A DNA stretch of 64,000 nucleotides from Candidatus Alkanophaga volatiphilum (GTDB taxonomy: Archaea; Halobacteriota; Syntropharchaeia; Alkanophagales; B39-G2). The stretch is from assembly GCA_029259545.1 (NCBI GenBank), contig JAPHEE010000002.1, forward strand, positions 5,601-69,600. Direction: 5' to 3'. The notes beneath the pieces are model-generated. The model was not told the DNA's origin. It saw only the letters and a program-made list of their open reading frames with translations, and did no database searches. Below are positions 27,189 to 36,473 of this stretch, in pieces. The translations under genes and the position numbers were made by a program. Numbering within the stretch: the stretch's first letter is position 1; each line of letters starts with the position of its first letter.

Positions 27189-28412
27189 ATGGGGATAAAA
27201 ATAGCCCAAGTATCTTGCGGGACGGTTTACGGCAACGTGCAACATGAGATCGAGGCGGCGGCAAGAGCCGTCGGCGCCGAGATTTTCGTGCCTGAAGTCT
27301 CTCTCGATTATGCTCGCGACAAAGAGAAAGAATTCGGGTTCGACGTGCGGAGCGAGGGTCTAAGGATCGCGTTGGCAAGGGGCTACGCCGTCGCCGAGGG
27401 TCTTTGCGACGCCGACGCCGTGTTCATCGCAACCTGCCACAAGTGCTCACGGGGCGCCATCGTCAGGACGGAACTGAGGAAGATAATACAGGAGAGGGCG
27501 GGGCTGCCCGTGGTCATGTATCCATTTACGGAGAGGACGAAAGCCGGCGAGCTGCTGACGCGGATGGAAGCGTTGGTGACGATCGTCACGAAGCGGCACA
27601 TCTTGGAGCGTAACAAGCAGGAGGGGCTGACTGCAGGCATAGATTCGGGCTCGACGACGACGAAGGCGGCGATCATGCAGGACGACGAGGTCCTCGGCGC
27701 CTTCTGGACGCACACCACCGACCCGGTTAAGACGGCAGAGAAGGTTTTTGAGGAGGCGTTAAAGCGGGCGGGCGTCCGCCGTGAGGAAATAGAGGCGTTA
27801 GGCACCACGGGCTACGGGCGGCACATCGTCGGAAAGCACTTCAAGGCGGATCTCATCCAAGAGGAGCTGACGGTGAACTCGAAGGCTGCGATGTATCTGG
27901 CTGGGCTTTTGAAGGGCGATTGCATGGTCGTCGACATCGGCGGCATGGACAACAAGATAATAACGGCGAGGGACGGCATCCCCGACAACTTCACGATGGG
28001 CGGGATTTGCGCCGGGGCGTCGGGACGCTTCCTCGAGATGACCGCACGGAGGCTCGGCGTGAGCGTCGAGGAGCTCGGGAAGCTCGCGCTCGCCGGCAGC
28101 CCCGAGAAGGTGAAGATGGACAGCTACTGCATCGTCTTCGGCATTCAGGACTTGGTGTCGGCGTTGTCAAGGGGCGCCCGCCGCGAAGACGTCGCCGCCG
28201 CCGCCTGCTACTCCGTCGTCGAGCAGGTCAAGGAGCAGCTGCTGCAGGAGATCGACCTGAGGCAGCCCGCCATCGAGGTAGGAGGGACGGCGCTCGTCGC
28301 CGGCGTCCCGAAGGCGATGAGCGACGTCTTGGGCTTCGACGTCATCGTGCCGAAATACCCGCAGTATATCGGAGCGATCGGCAGCGCCCTGCTGGCGTCG
28401 TCGTTTAGATAA
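27189..28412 (+). CDS. BadF/BadG/BcrA/BcrD-type ATPase, methanogenesis marker protein 15-like
   Basis: The N-terminal ~140-aa domain starts MGIKIAQVSCGTVYGNVQHEIE. It is followed by an acetate/sugar-kinase-fold ATPase with GIDSGSTTTKAAI and VDIGGMDNK. Confidence 0.65.
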   Translation: MGIKIAQVSCGTVYGNVQHEIEAAARAVGAEIFVPEVSLDYARDKEKEFGFDVRSEGLRIALARGYAVAEGLCDADAVFIATCHKCSRGAIVRTELRKIIQERAGLPVVMYPFTERTKAGELLTRMEALVTIVTKRHILERNKQEGLTAGIDSGSTTTKAAIMQDDEVLGAFWTHTTDPVKTAEKVFEEALKRAGVRREEIEALGTTGYGRHIVGKHFKADLIQEELTVNSKAAMYLAGLLKGDCMVVDIGGMDNKIITARDGIPDNFTMGGICAGASGRFLEMTARRLGVSVEELGKLALAGSPEKVKMDSYCIVFGIQDLVSALSRGARREDVAAAACYSVVEQVKEQLLQEIDLRQPAIEVGGTALVAGVPKAMSDVLGFDVIVPKYPQYIGAIGSALLASSFR

Positions 28413-28620
28413 AAGGAGTATAACGGACGGCAGTAAGCGTATAAGGCATAGGCATAATGCCCAGTTGGAAAATCCACGACAAATGGGCTGCGGTACCGGA
28501 TATTAACGAAAAGATTTCTAGGGAGATAAATGCCGAAATCGATAGCATTGATGACCCAACGTTCCACGATCATAGAGAGTCATAACCCAGGGCAGGTGGG
28601 AGCTCACTTACCTTCAGCTC

Positions 28621-28896
28621 GTGCTGCAGAAGACTTGGAAAAAGTATCACAGTGACGAAGCCGTCAAGGCGTTCCTCCTGCACCACATTTTGGACTATAC
28701 TGCCACACCACCTTACTCTTTTAAATCTCGTGAGTTACCTGATCAAAGCTTAAAGGAGGAAGCTGAAACACTGTTAGAAAGAGAGCTGAAAAATGTAGTC
28801 CTTAAGGCATGTGAGGAAATAAGGGGGCTTTTAGGGTGCATGGGAAAGGAAATTCTCTCTGACATAATGCCTGAAATGGGCGAGTGGTTTGAATAG
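28621..28896 (+). CDS. hypothetical protein, possibly the 3' part of a frameshifted small gene starting at 28457
   Basis: A 42-codon ORF at 28457-28585 (MPSWKIHDKWAAV...FHDHRES) is followed in another frame by ...KAFLLHHILDY.... No family recognised. Confidence 0.3.
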   Translation: MLQKTWKKYHSDEAVKAFLLHHILDYTATPPYSFKSRELPDQSLKEEAETLLERELKNVVLKACEEIRGLLGCMGKEILSDIMPEMGEWFE

Positions 28897-28985
28897 CAAA
28901 ATGAAACTTGATTTTGGCAATTAAAATTAGAAATAGAACCCCTGAAAGTGCAAAGAGACTTTGCTTGAAATGTAGGGGTTCTCCC

Positions 28986-29795
28986 TCACGGTTTGAGGCA
29001 GGACGGATGCCTTGATACACCTTTTAAGAGTTGAGAGGCTTGAGGGGCTAGGAATTCTAATTCTACATCCCATCCGCTCTTTCTTACACGGCGCCGTCTT
29101 TGCTCCTTTCCACTGAGCTCTTTTTGGAGCAGCTTCGCCTCTCTCGTGGCATGTGAGAGTATATGCGTATCGAAGTGCGCTCTCAAGGCGGCGGTGAAGC
29201 CCATGAATGTCGAGCGGCGGTTTTCGGGCTGAGCGAGCCTTATCGCAAACGGCGGCGCCCCTGCGAGCTTCCCCGCGCAACCCCTCGCCCCCTTGCGGTC
29301 GGGCGGCGCCGTCACGAGCCCGATGCGTTCCGCCCCTCGCATCGAACATCTCACCGAGGAACAAAAGCCCCTTCGCCTTATGGACGCCGACGAGCCACGG
29401 CAGAACTGACCTCGGCGTCCGCTGCTGCGACGAGCCTCACGACGGGCGCCGAGCCTCGCATTCTCCGCCGCAATGACAATATCGCACATGCTCGCTAGAA
29501 TCAAACCGGCGGCGACGCATAGCCGCTCACCGCCGCAACCACCTGCTCCTCGCAGCTCCAGACGTGGACGTGGAGCATCCGCTCAAGGTCCTTCCTCTCC
29601 TCGGCTCGAACCATTACCTCAGGGGCGTGAGAGGCGTCCATCTCGTCAGGGTCGTAGCCCGATGAGAACGCCCGCCGCCCGCCAGCACGACCGCACGCAC
29701 GCCGCCTCAGCTTCCGCCCTGCTCGACGCATCATCTGGCTCCTCAGCCCTACGCTCAGAGCGTTCGGTCTCTCAGGGCGGTTCAACGTGACTATT
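28986..29795 (-). pseudogene. enoyl-CoA hydratase/crotonase-family pseudogene (multiple frameshifts, N-terminus truncated)
   Basis: Fragments VTLNRPERPNALS, FSSGYDPDEM, VVAAVSGYA and LASMCDIVIAAENARLG, together with AERIGLV, are spread over at least two frames (track ORFs 29501..29833 and 28986..29504). Confidence 0.65.
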
Positions 29796-29804
29796 TTCAA
29801 GTTT

Positions 29805-31514
29805 CTAAGCAAAAATTTCAGGATAGAGTTCATGGGCTTTGAAATGTATTATTCCTATCCTCGCCTTTAAGAACGCCTCGTATGTTTCTAATCTCCAGAG
29901 GTTTTCATCCGTAGGTATAAAATGCTTGTCTATGTATGCTCTGTATTCAGGTAGATACTCATGCGGAGGTCTATCACCAATTTCAGAGTTTACCTCCTTC
30001 TTTATAAATGTGATGTTTCCGATATTGTTTATAATAATGTCTCGATTATCTTCGATTTCTAAGTTCTCTTTTAGGAAATCTCTCGGAAATATGTGATGTC
30101 TGTCTAAGCCGTCAAAAGGTCTTATTTTGAGCCTTTCACCCGTCCAGTCAGTGGCATCGTTCTTGATTAACAAAACGTATAACAAGAAGAGGTAACTTCT
30201 ACCTTGTCTACCTCTAAGAACATTCATTTTCAGTCCAGCTTCTAGGTCTTCCCTACGAATCCTTATTGGAAGTCTTCGCTTTTCGATGTTGTTCATTAGT
30301 TCATCAAACGGAAAGTCTCGATGTGCTTTAATGATCCTTAAGTCCTCTTCGAGCTTTGTGTCGGTTTGCGAGCTGTAATACCCAATGAAGCTAACAAGCA
30401 CAAACCAGCTTTCGATCAGTTTGGCGAGATCTGAGTTAATTTGGTTGATGTTAGTAATGTCGTTGGATGAAAAGTATTTGGCTATCGTTATTAGCGGTAT
30501 CTGACTTGGCAAGATTCTCGTATCTTTTATTCCGAGATTATCTTCCAAGAACTTTGTTGTTAGTTTGAGAGCGTTACCCATTTTACTAACCTTCTTCTTT
30601 CTCGAGTCTTCATCAGTCTTTTGAATTTCATTGACAATCTTTCTAAATTTCTCAGCCTTTATATCTGACATCGGAATATCAAATTCCGATAAAATAGCTC
30701 TAATTACGGGTTGTAAATCGATCCTAAAGCGTTCTAAGTCTTTGTAGATTAGGACTATATCGTTCTTAAATGATCCTCTGATAGTACCAGCCAAGAAGGA
30801 TAAGATCATTTCTACATTGCCGATCTCTACACCGCTCTTATTTACCCTAACAAAGGCTTCAGCCATCTTCGAATACGTTCCTTCATTTTCATCGTACGTT
30901 TGTAAGATGTACAACGGAATCTGATAGTTTAAGATTCTATTGGCGATTTTACAAAGTTTGTCAAAGATTGCACTGTCTAGACGCTCACTTAACTTTCTGG
31001 ACATCTGAGGATCGTAAATCGGTGACCCCGCCACTGACCTCAATAGATCGTAGATGTTCACATACTTACTCGATTTGTACAATTTATAATCACTATCTCT
31101 TTTTTCAAGATTGATTGAGATCGGCATTCTTTCAATTTCTTCATCTTCTCTTGATATTTTCCAATTGTTAAACATAAGGAGCAAAGTAGTTAACCTCTGC
31201 TGACCATCTATCACATAATAAACTTCCTTATTGAAGTCCTTCTCGCCAATTATCGGTTTTGAAAAAGGGTCATTTTCATAAACGTTTCTTGATGGCTTCC
31301 AGAGGATTATGCTTCCTACGGGGTACCCATTTATCATGGAGTCTATGAATTCCTTCACATCCTCCTCATCCCAAACGTAATCCCTCTGAAAGGTCGGTAG
31401 TAAATACGTTTTAGTTTTTAATAGCTCTTCAACTAACTCCTTTACACCTCTCTTGCCCGCCTCTGGTATCAGATTCATACAGTAGTTGCTGGCGTAGGGC
31501 ACGTATTTAAACAT
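29805..31514 (-). CDS. GmrSD-like type IV (modification-dependent) restriction enzyme, DUF262 + DUF1524
   Basis: N-terminal FQRDYVWDEEDV and IDGQQRLTT (DUF262/ParB-like). C-terminal DRHHIFP...NNIGNITFI...N (His-Me finger/DUF1524). The gene is strongly AT-rich relative to its flanks. Confidence 0.75.
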   Translation of the reverse strand: MFKYVPYASNYCMNLIPEAGKRGVKELVEELLKTKTYLLPTFQRDYVWDEEDVKEFIDSMINGYPVGSIILWKPSRNVYENDPFSKPIIGEKDFNKEVYYVIDGQQRLTTLLLMFNNWKISREDEEIERMPISINLEKRDSDYKLYKSSKYVNIYDLLRSVAGSPIYDPQMSRKLSERLDSAIFDKLCKIANRILNYQIPLYILQTYDENEGTYSKMAEAFVRVNKSGVEIGNVEMILSFLAGTIRGSFKNDIVLIYKDLERFRIDLQPVIRAILSEFDIPMSDIKAEKFRKIVNEIQKTDEDSRKKKVSKMGNALKLTTKFLEDNLGIKDTRILPSQIPLITIAKYFSSNDITNINQINSDLAKLIESWFVLVSFIGYYSSQTDTKLEEDLRIIKAHRDFPFDELMNNIEKRRLPIRIRREDLEAGLKMNVLRGRQGRSYLFLLYVLLIKNDATDWTGERLKIRPFDGLDRHHIFPRDFLKENLEIEDNRDIIINNIGNITFIKKEVNSEIGDRPPHEYLPEYRAYIDKHFIPTDENLWRLETYEAFLKARIGIIHFKAHELYPEIFA

Positions 31515-32112
31515 TTCGATTCGCCGTGCGGGCGAGCCGCCTCGCCAGCTCCAGCTCCTGCGGCGTGTTCACGTTCACCGCGAGCAGCGGGTCGTCGAAT
31601 ACCAGAACCGTCGAGCTTTCGGAGCGGGTGACGACGTTCAGACCGCACGCCACGAGCCTCACGGGCTGGGCGTCGCCGCCACCAACCCGCAGCTCGAACA
31701 CGTACGAAGGTTCGAACCCCCTAGGCACGAGCTCCAGAGGCACCGCCACTGTTATGCTTTCCCCCGCATGCTCGCCGGAGGACGCCCGGACGAGCCTGTT
31801 CACGTGCCACGGCTTGAGGAACGGCAGGTCGCAGGCGACGCTCACGAAAGCCCGGAACCTTCTTAGGAGGGTTGAGATGTCTTCGTGGTAGCCACGCCCC
31901 GCCGTCTCGACAACGTCGTAGCCACGACGCTCGCAGTACTCCCACGTCCTCGGGGCGTTCCTCGAAACCGCCACGCAGAAGCCGTCGAGCTCCGAACGCT
32001 CCAGCACGCTCGCCACGATGTCCAGCATCCGCACGCCGCATATCTCCAGAAGCGGCTTCTCCACGCCGCCCATCCGGCTGCCCCTGCCGCCTGCGAGGAT
32101 GACGCCCCTCAT
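31507..32112 (-). CDS. cobY: adenosylcobinamide-phosphate guanylyltransferase (archaeal CobY) / MobA-like nucleotidyltransferase
   Basis: VILAGGRGSRMGGVEKPL, SRNAPRTWEY, GRGYHEDI, GLNVV and NVNTPQELELA resemble MJ1117-type CobY as I remember it. Confidence 0.65.
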   Translation of the reverse strand: MRGVILAGGRGSRMGGVEKPLLEICGVRMLDIVASVLERSELDGFCVAVSRNAPRTWEYCERRGYDVVETAGRGYHEDISTLLRRFRAFVSVACDLPFLKPWHVNRLVRASSGEHAGESITVAVPLELVPRGFEPSYVFELRVGGGDAQPVRLVACGLNVVTRSESSTVLVFDDPLLAVNVNTPQELELARRLARTANRNV

Positions 32113-32118
32113 CTCAAG

Positions 32119-33219
32119 CTAAGGCGGCGCCCACGCCAGCAGGTGCTTGTTCCCGATGTTCACGTTGTTCAGGTGCCTCTTCGCAGCCTTATAGCAGCGC
32201 TCGACCTGCGAGCGGGGCGTTATCGGCAGGTCGTCCATGTGGAAATCCGGGTGGAAGATGAGCAGCGAATACGGGATGTCGGGGTTCAGGCTCGCTATGA
32301 ACTCCGCTATCTTCCCGACTTCCTCCTCGTCAACGTAATACGGGACGAGGAGCGTCGTCGCCGTGAGCACCGGCGGGTTCGAGCCTTCGAAGAAGTCCCT
32401 GGCTATCATCTCGAAGTTTTCAAAAGCCCTGCGGTTCGACACGCCGCTCAGCGCCAGACTCAAGTTCTCGTCGAAAGCCTTGAGGTCGAACTTCACGATG
32501 CCGCCACTTTCGAGGGAGAGCGCCGCCGCCTTCCGCACGAGCGAGCGGTTGCCGCAGCCGTTCCACTCCCAGCAGATCCGCGGCTTCCGGCGCACGCCGC
32601 CGTCGCCCACGACGCCCTCCCTGACGAGCATTTCCGACGCCTTTATCGCAAACGGGAGCTGCGGCTCCGGGCTGCCGCCGAAGTAGCAGACGCAGTACGC
32701 CCTCCTGTTGTTCCTGATGCCGGAGACGAAGTCCTCGAGCTTTACGAGCGGCGCCCGCCAAAGCTCCTTATGCGACTCGTTCTGGCAAAAAAGGCAGTCG
32801 AAGTTGCAGCCGTAGAAGAAAACGGCGACATTAACCATCCTCTTTGCGGCGCCCGCCTGCGAGCCGGGGCAGAACCACGCCGCACAGCAGTTCGTCGGCA
32901 GCGGGTCCTCGTAGGCGTGGAGCATGGCGTAGCCCTTGGGGAAAATGTTTTTAAGCTTCCCGTCGGCGTTCTCCCGTACGCCGCAGTAGCCACGCTCCCC
33001 CGGCGCCAAAACGCACTCGTTAGCGCACAGCCTGCAGCGCCTCGCACCCGCAGCGCCAACGCTTCTTGGCGGCTCCGCCGGCAACGCATACACGGCTCTC
33101 GCACGCTCGTGCCCGCGCCTCGCATGCTCCAGCGCCTCTTCGGGACGCTCCCGCACGCAGGAGACGCAGACGCCTAAAGCCTTCGCCGCTCCGTCCCGCC
33201 CGCAGATCCGGCACTCCAT
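32119..33219 (-). CDS. radical SAM protein (PflA/PflX-like activase family)
   Basis: FFYGCNFDCLFCQN CxxxCxxC cluster. N-terminal Cys-rich region CRIC...CVSC. Confidence 0.7.
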   Translation of the reverse strand: MECRICGRDGAAKALGVCVSCVRERPEEALEHARRGHERARAVYALPAEPPRSVGAAGARRCRLCANECVLAPGERGYCGVRENADGKLKNIFPKGYAMLHAYEDPLPTNCCAAWFCPGSQAGAAKRMVNVAVFFYGCNFDCLFCQNESHKELWRAPLVKLEDFVSGIRNNRRAYCVCYFGGSPEPQLPFAIKASEMLVREGVVGDGGVRRKPRICWEWNGCGNRSLVRKAAALSLESGGIVKFDLKAFDENLSLALSGVSNRRAFENFEMIARDFFEGSNPPVLTATTLLVPYYVDEEEVGKIAEFIASLNPDIPYSLLIFHPDFHMDDLPITPRSQVERCYKAAKRHLNNVNIGNKHLLAWAPP

Positions 33220-33256
33220 CTCCGCTCACTCTTCGCTCCTCATTTAAGCTCTCCAC

Positions 33257-33290
33257 GCCCACGCCCCGCACTCGCCCACGCCCCGCACTC
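33257..33290. repeat. perfect tandem duplication of a 17-mer
   Basis: GCCCACGCCCCGCACTC occurs at 33257-33273 and again at 33274-33290, in the intergenic region upstream of the radical SAM gene. Confidence 0.9.
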
Positions 33291-33307
33291 CCCGCCGCCG
33301 CCGACCG

Positions 33308-33745
33308 CTACCGCCGCAGCCGCTTCCCGACGGGTCTGAAGGCGCCGCACGCCTCGCACTTCAGCATCAGAACCCTTTCTTTCGTGCGCACGAGCTGCGT
33401 GTCCGGCTTCCCGCACTCCGAACACAGCACGTAATCCTCGACGTATCTCCGTATTTGTTTCGCAACGTCCTCCTTCGAGAAGCGTCCTTGGAAGATCGCT
33501 CTATCACCGTCTATCTTCCCGGCGGTGCCGAGCTCCCGCAGCAGGAACTTCATCACGTGCTCCTGTTCCCTGTTTATGTAGTCGCAGACGCTCGCAAAGT
33601 TGTCGAAAACCGTGGTTTTGCCCTCGATGAAGACTCGTACCTCCGGAATATTAAATCTCGTGTCCTCGACCTTCATTTCAGGCATCCTAGCTAACGCCCT
33701 GTCGAGCATCTCTTCGTACTCCGTCGGTCTCACCCCCTCATTCAT
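33308..33745 (-). CDS. eif2b: translation initiation factor aIF2 beta subunit
   Basis: [14 protein letters not shown] and a C-terminal Zn ribbon CSECGKPDT...CEACG. Confidence 0.88.
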   Translation of the reverse strand: MNEGVRPTEYEEMLDRALARMPEMKVEDTRFNIPEVRVFIEGKTTVFDNFASVCDYINREQEHVMKFLLRELGTAGKIDGDRAIFQGRFSKEDVAKQIRRYVEDYVLCSECGKPDTQLVRTKERVLMLKCEACGAFRPVGKRLRR

Positions 33746-33827
33746 TCTTCGCAGCCCAGCTTAACTAAACTAAGCCCCGATAATTTAGGGTCACCTATTT
33801 AAATACAGGTGCCCTAAACAGCAAGAG

Positions 33828-34064
33828 ATGGGTCAAGTAGTCCCGCTCAGCATGCTGGCGGAGAATGAGGAAGGGCGGGTCGTCTCGGTTAGGGGTGGTT
33901 ACGGCTTCGTGCGACGCCTCGCAGAACTCGGCTTGAACCCCGGCGTCAAGGTCAAAATGCTGAGAGCGACGAACGGCGGACCGCTCCTCATTCATGTCCG
34001 AGGCTCAAGGATCGCACTCGGGCGAGGCGTCGCTATGCACGTCCTCGTCGAGGTGGAAGGTTGA
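33828..34064 (+). CDS. feoA: ferrous iron transport protein A
   Basis: [18 protein letters not shown]...[10 protein letters not shown]...[16 protein letters not shown]. Confidence 0.8.
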   Translation: MGQVVPLSMLAENEEGRVVSVRGGYGFVRRLAELGLNPGVKVKMLRATNGGPLLIHVRGSRIALGRGVAMHVLVEVEG

Positions 34065-36070
34065 GCCGTGAGATTTTAGTGGCGCTAGCGGGTAACCCTA
34101 ACGTTGGGAAGAGCACGCTTTTTAACCTCCTCACCGGTTTGCGGCAGCATGTCGGAAACTGGCCCGGCAAGACCGTAGAGCGGCGGGAGGGACTCTGTAA
34201 GCACGAAGGGCGGACGCTCAGAATTATAGATCTGCCAGGCACGTACAGCCTCACCGCATACTCTGAGGAGGAGCTAATTGCTAGGGATTTCATAGTCAAA
34301 GACCGTCCTGATGTTGTTATCGATGTCGTGGACGCCTCAAATCTCGAAAGAAATTTGTATCTGACCCTTCAACTCTTGGAGCTCACCGACCGGGTGGTCG
34401 TTGCGTTAAACATGATGGATGTCGCCGCCTCCGAAGGCGTCGAAATCGACGTGCGGCGGCTTTCCGAGATTCTTGGCGTGCCTGTTGTTCCGATAGTCGC
34501 GGATAAGGGCTTGGGCGTGGACAAGCTCTTGCGAGCGGCGGTGGCGGTTGCTGAGGGCGAGATAAGAACACGACCATACAAGACGGATTTCGGGACGCAC
34601 ATCGAACGCCAGATAGGCGAGCTGGAGACGCTGCTTGCAGGCGAAGGCGAGAGTTTGGAGTATCCAAGGAGATGGTTTGCAGTCAAGCTTTTGGAGAACG
34701 ATCCCGTGGTGGTAGCGGCTGCAAAGCGTCTAGGCGTCGGCATGGAGCTTTTGCGGCGGCTTGAGGAGCTACGGAGTGCAGAAATTCACCATAACTTCGA
34801 GATTGAGCTCGTGGACAAGCGTTACGAGCAAATAAGCCGTATCGTAAAGGAAGTGCTTAGGCGGAGGAAAACAACTCTTGGGCAGGAACTCACGGACAGA
34901 ATCGACAGAATCGTCACGCACAGAATCTGGGGGCTGCCTATCCTTTTTGGCATTTACGGTTTCGTCTTTTGGGCGACATTCTTCCTGAGCCGCCCTTTGG
35001 TAGATGCCCTTGAGGTGTTTTTTACATGGCTCGGTGCGCTCCTTGTGGCTAAGAACGCGCCAGCGTGGCTCGTCGACGGCGTCGTCGGTGGCGTCGGCAC
35101 GGTACTTACGTTCCTGCCAGTGATTGCGATCTTTTTCCTCCTGTACGCCATCCTTGAAGACTGGGGTTATATGGCGAGAGCCGCCTTTGTCATGGACAAG
35201 TTCATGCATACGGTTGGCTTACATGGTAGAGCGTTTCTCTGTCTGCTTTGCGGCTTTGGCTGTAATGTCCCGGCGATCATGGCAGCGAGGACGCTCGCCG
35301 ACAGCCGTGAAAAGCTGATAACGGTGCTGATAAATCCATTAGTGCCGTGTAGCGTGCGTCTCGGCGTCCTTGCGTTCATCACGTCGGTGTTTTTCAGCGG
35401 CGTTCTCGCCACGGCGGTCATGCTCTCGCTCGTGGCGCTTAGCCTGCTCTTAGTCGCAGCTTCCGCCTTACTCTTCCGTCGCATCCTGCTGCGTGGTGAA
35501 CATCTGCCGTTCATCATGGAGATGCCGCCTTATCGTACGCCGACGGTGAGAAATGTGCTGTTGTATGCATGGGAGCGTATTAAGGCGTTCGTCGTGAGGG
35601 CGGGCACGCTCATAGTCGTTGTTTCCGTCTTGATGTGGTGGCTCATGTCAACCGGTCCTGGCGGCGGCTTTTTCGGCGTTGGCGGCAATATTCCGCTCGA
35701 AGAGTCGTATGCAGCCAGACTTGGCATGTTTTTCGAGCCGCTGGGCAGGCTTTGCGGCTTTGATTGGCGGATCGTCGTCGCCTTGATGTTCGGCTTCCTT
35801 GCGAAGGAACTAAGTGTGGCGACGCTTGGCGTGCTTTACGGCGGAGGGGAGGAAGCTTTGAGAGCCGTACTGCCGACGGTATGGTCTCCACTTCTTGCTT
35901 ATACGTTTTTGGCGGTGCACATGATCTATGTGCCGTGCGTTGCCACCGTTGCTACAATGCGGAAGGAGACGAACAGCTGGCGCTGGACGCTTTTCGGTGT
36001 AACATATTCGTTGGTGTTGGCGTTCTTAGTCGGCTTACTCATATATAATGCTGGGCGGTTGTTTTTATGA
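34061..36070 (+). CDS. feoB: ferrous iron transport protein B
   Basis: G-domain [13 protein letters not shown] and DLPGTYSL, followed by a polytopic membrane domain. Confidence 0.9.
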   Translation: MSREILVALAGNPNVGKSTLFNLLTGLRQHVGNWPGKTVERREGLCKHEGRTLRIIDLPGTYSLTAYSEEELIARDFIVKDRPDVVIDVVDASNLERNLYLTLQLLELTDRVVVALNMMDVAASEGVEIDVRRLSEILGVPVVPIVADKGLGVDKLLRAAVAVAEGEIRTRPYKTDFGTHIERQIGELETLLAGEGESLEYPRRWFAVKLLENDPVVVAAAKRLGVGMELLRRLEELRSAEIHHNFEIELVDKRYEQISRIVKEVLRRRKTTLGQELTDRIDRIVTHRIWGLPILFGIYGFVFWATFFLSRPLVDALEVFFTWLGALLVAKNAPAWLVDGVVGGVGTVLTFLPVIAIFFLLYAILEDWGYMARAAFVMDKFMHTVGLHGRAFLCLLCGFGCNVPAIMAARTLADSREKLITVLINPLVPCSVRLGVLAFITSVFFSGVLATAVMLSLVALSLLLVAASALLFRRILLRGEHLPFIMEMPPYRTPTVRNVLLYAWERIKAFVVRAGTLIVVVSVLMWWLMSTGPGGGFFGVGGNIPLEESYAARLGMFFEPLGRLCGFDWRIVVALMFGFLAKELSVATLGVLYGGGEEALRAVLPTVWSPLLAYTFLAVHMIYVPCVATVATMRKETNSWRWTLFGVTYSLVLAFLVGLLIYNAGRLFL

Positions 36071-36473
36071 CTGGCACAAGAGCGAGCTAGTAAACACGCT
36101 GGAAAAAGTATGTGAGAGCGAAGAAGCATGAAGAAAATGGTGCGGCTATCATGTGATTCACCAAATGCGACGCTGCTGCCGACGCCTTTTTAACTGATAA
36201 GGCGCGCCGCTTAGGCTGCTCTGCTCTTTACACGCTCGTCACGACGCTGGACTTGACTATTAGCAGCATTATTTGCTATTATACTATGCATGTCCCAGAG
36301 TATAGATGCCTCTTCTGAAGTCCATCCAGAAGGCAAAGCGCGGCGCGTCGGTTTTTCAACGGCGGTGAGATTATCAGGTTGAAAAGTCGTTCTATATCTT
36401 TTCCACACTTCCCACCGCTGTCGTTTTTCCTCGCAGCTCCTTAAAGCAGACCTCTCTAACGCTCGGCTTTGGT

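Noticed and set aside
31885-33177. 430-aa plus-strand ORF in the track.
   Set aside because: It is antisense to cobY and the radical SAM gene, its composition is Arg/Ala/Pro-rich, and it has no motifs. This is a typical GC-rich shadow ORF.
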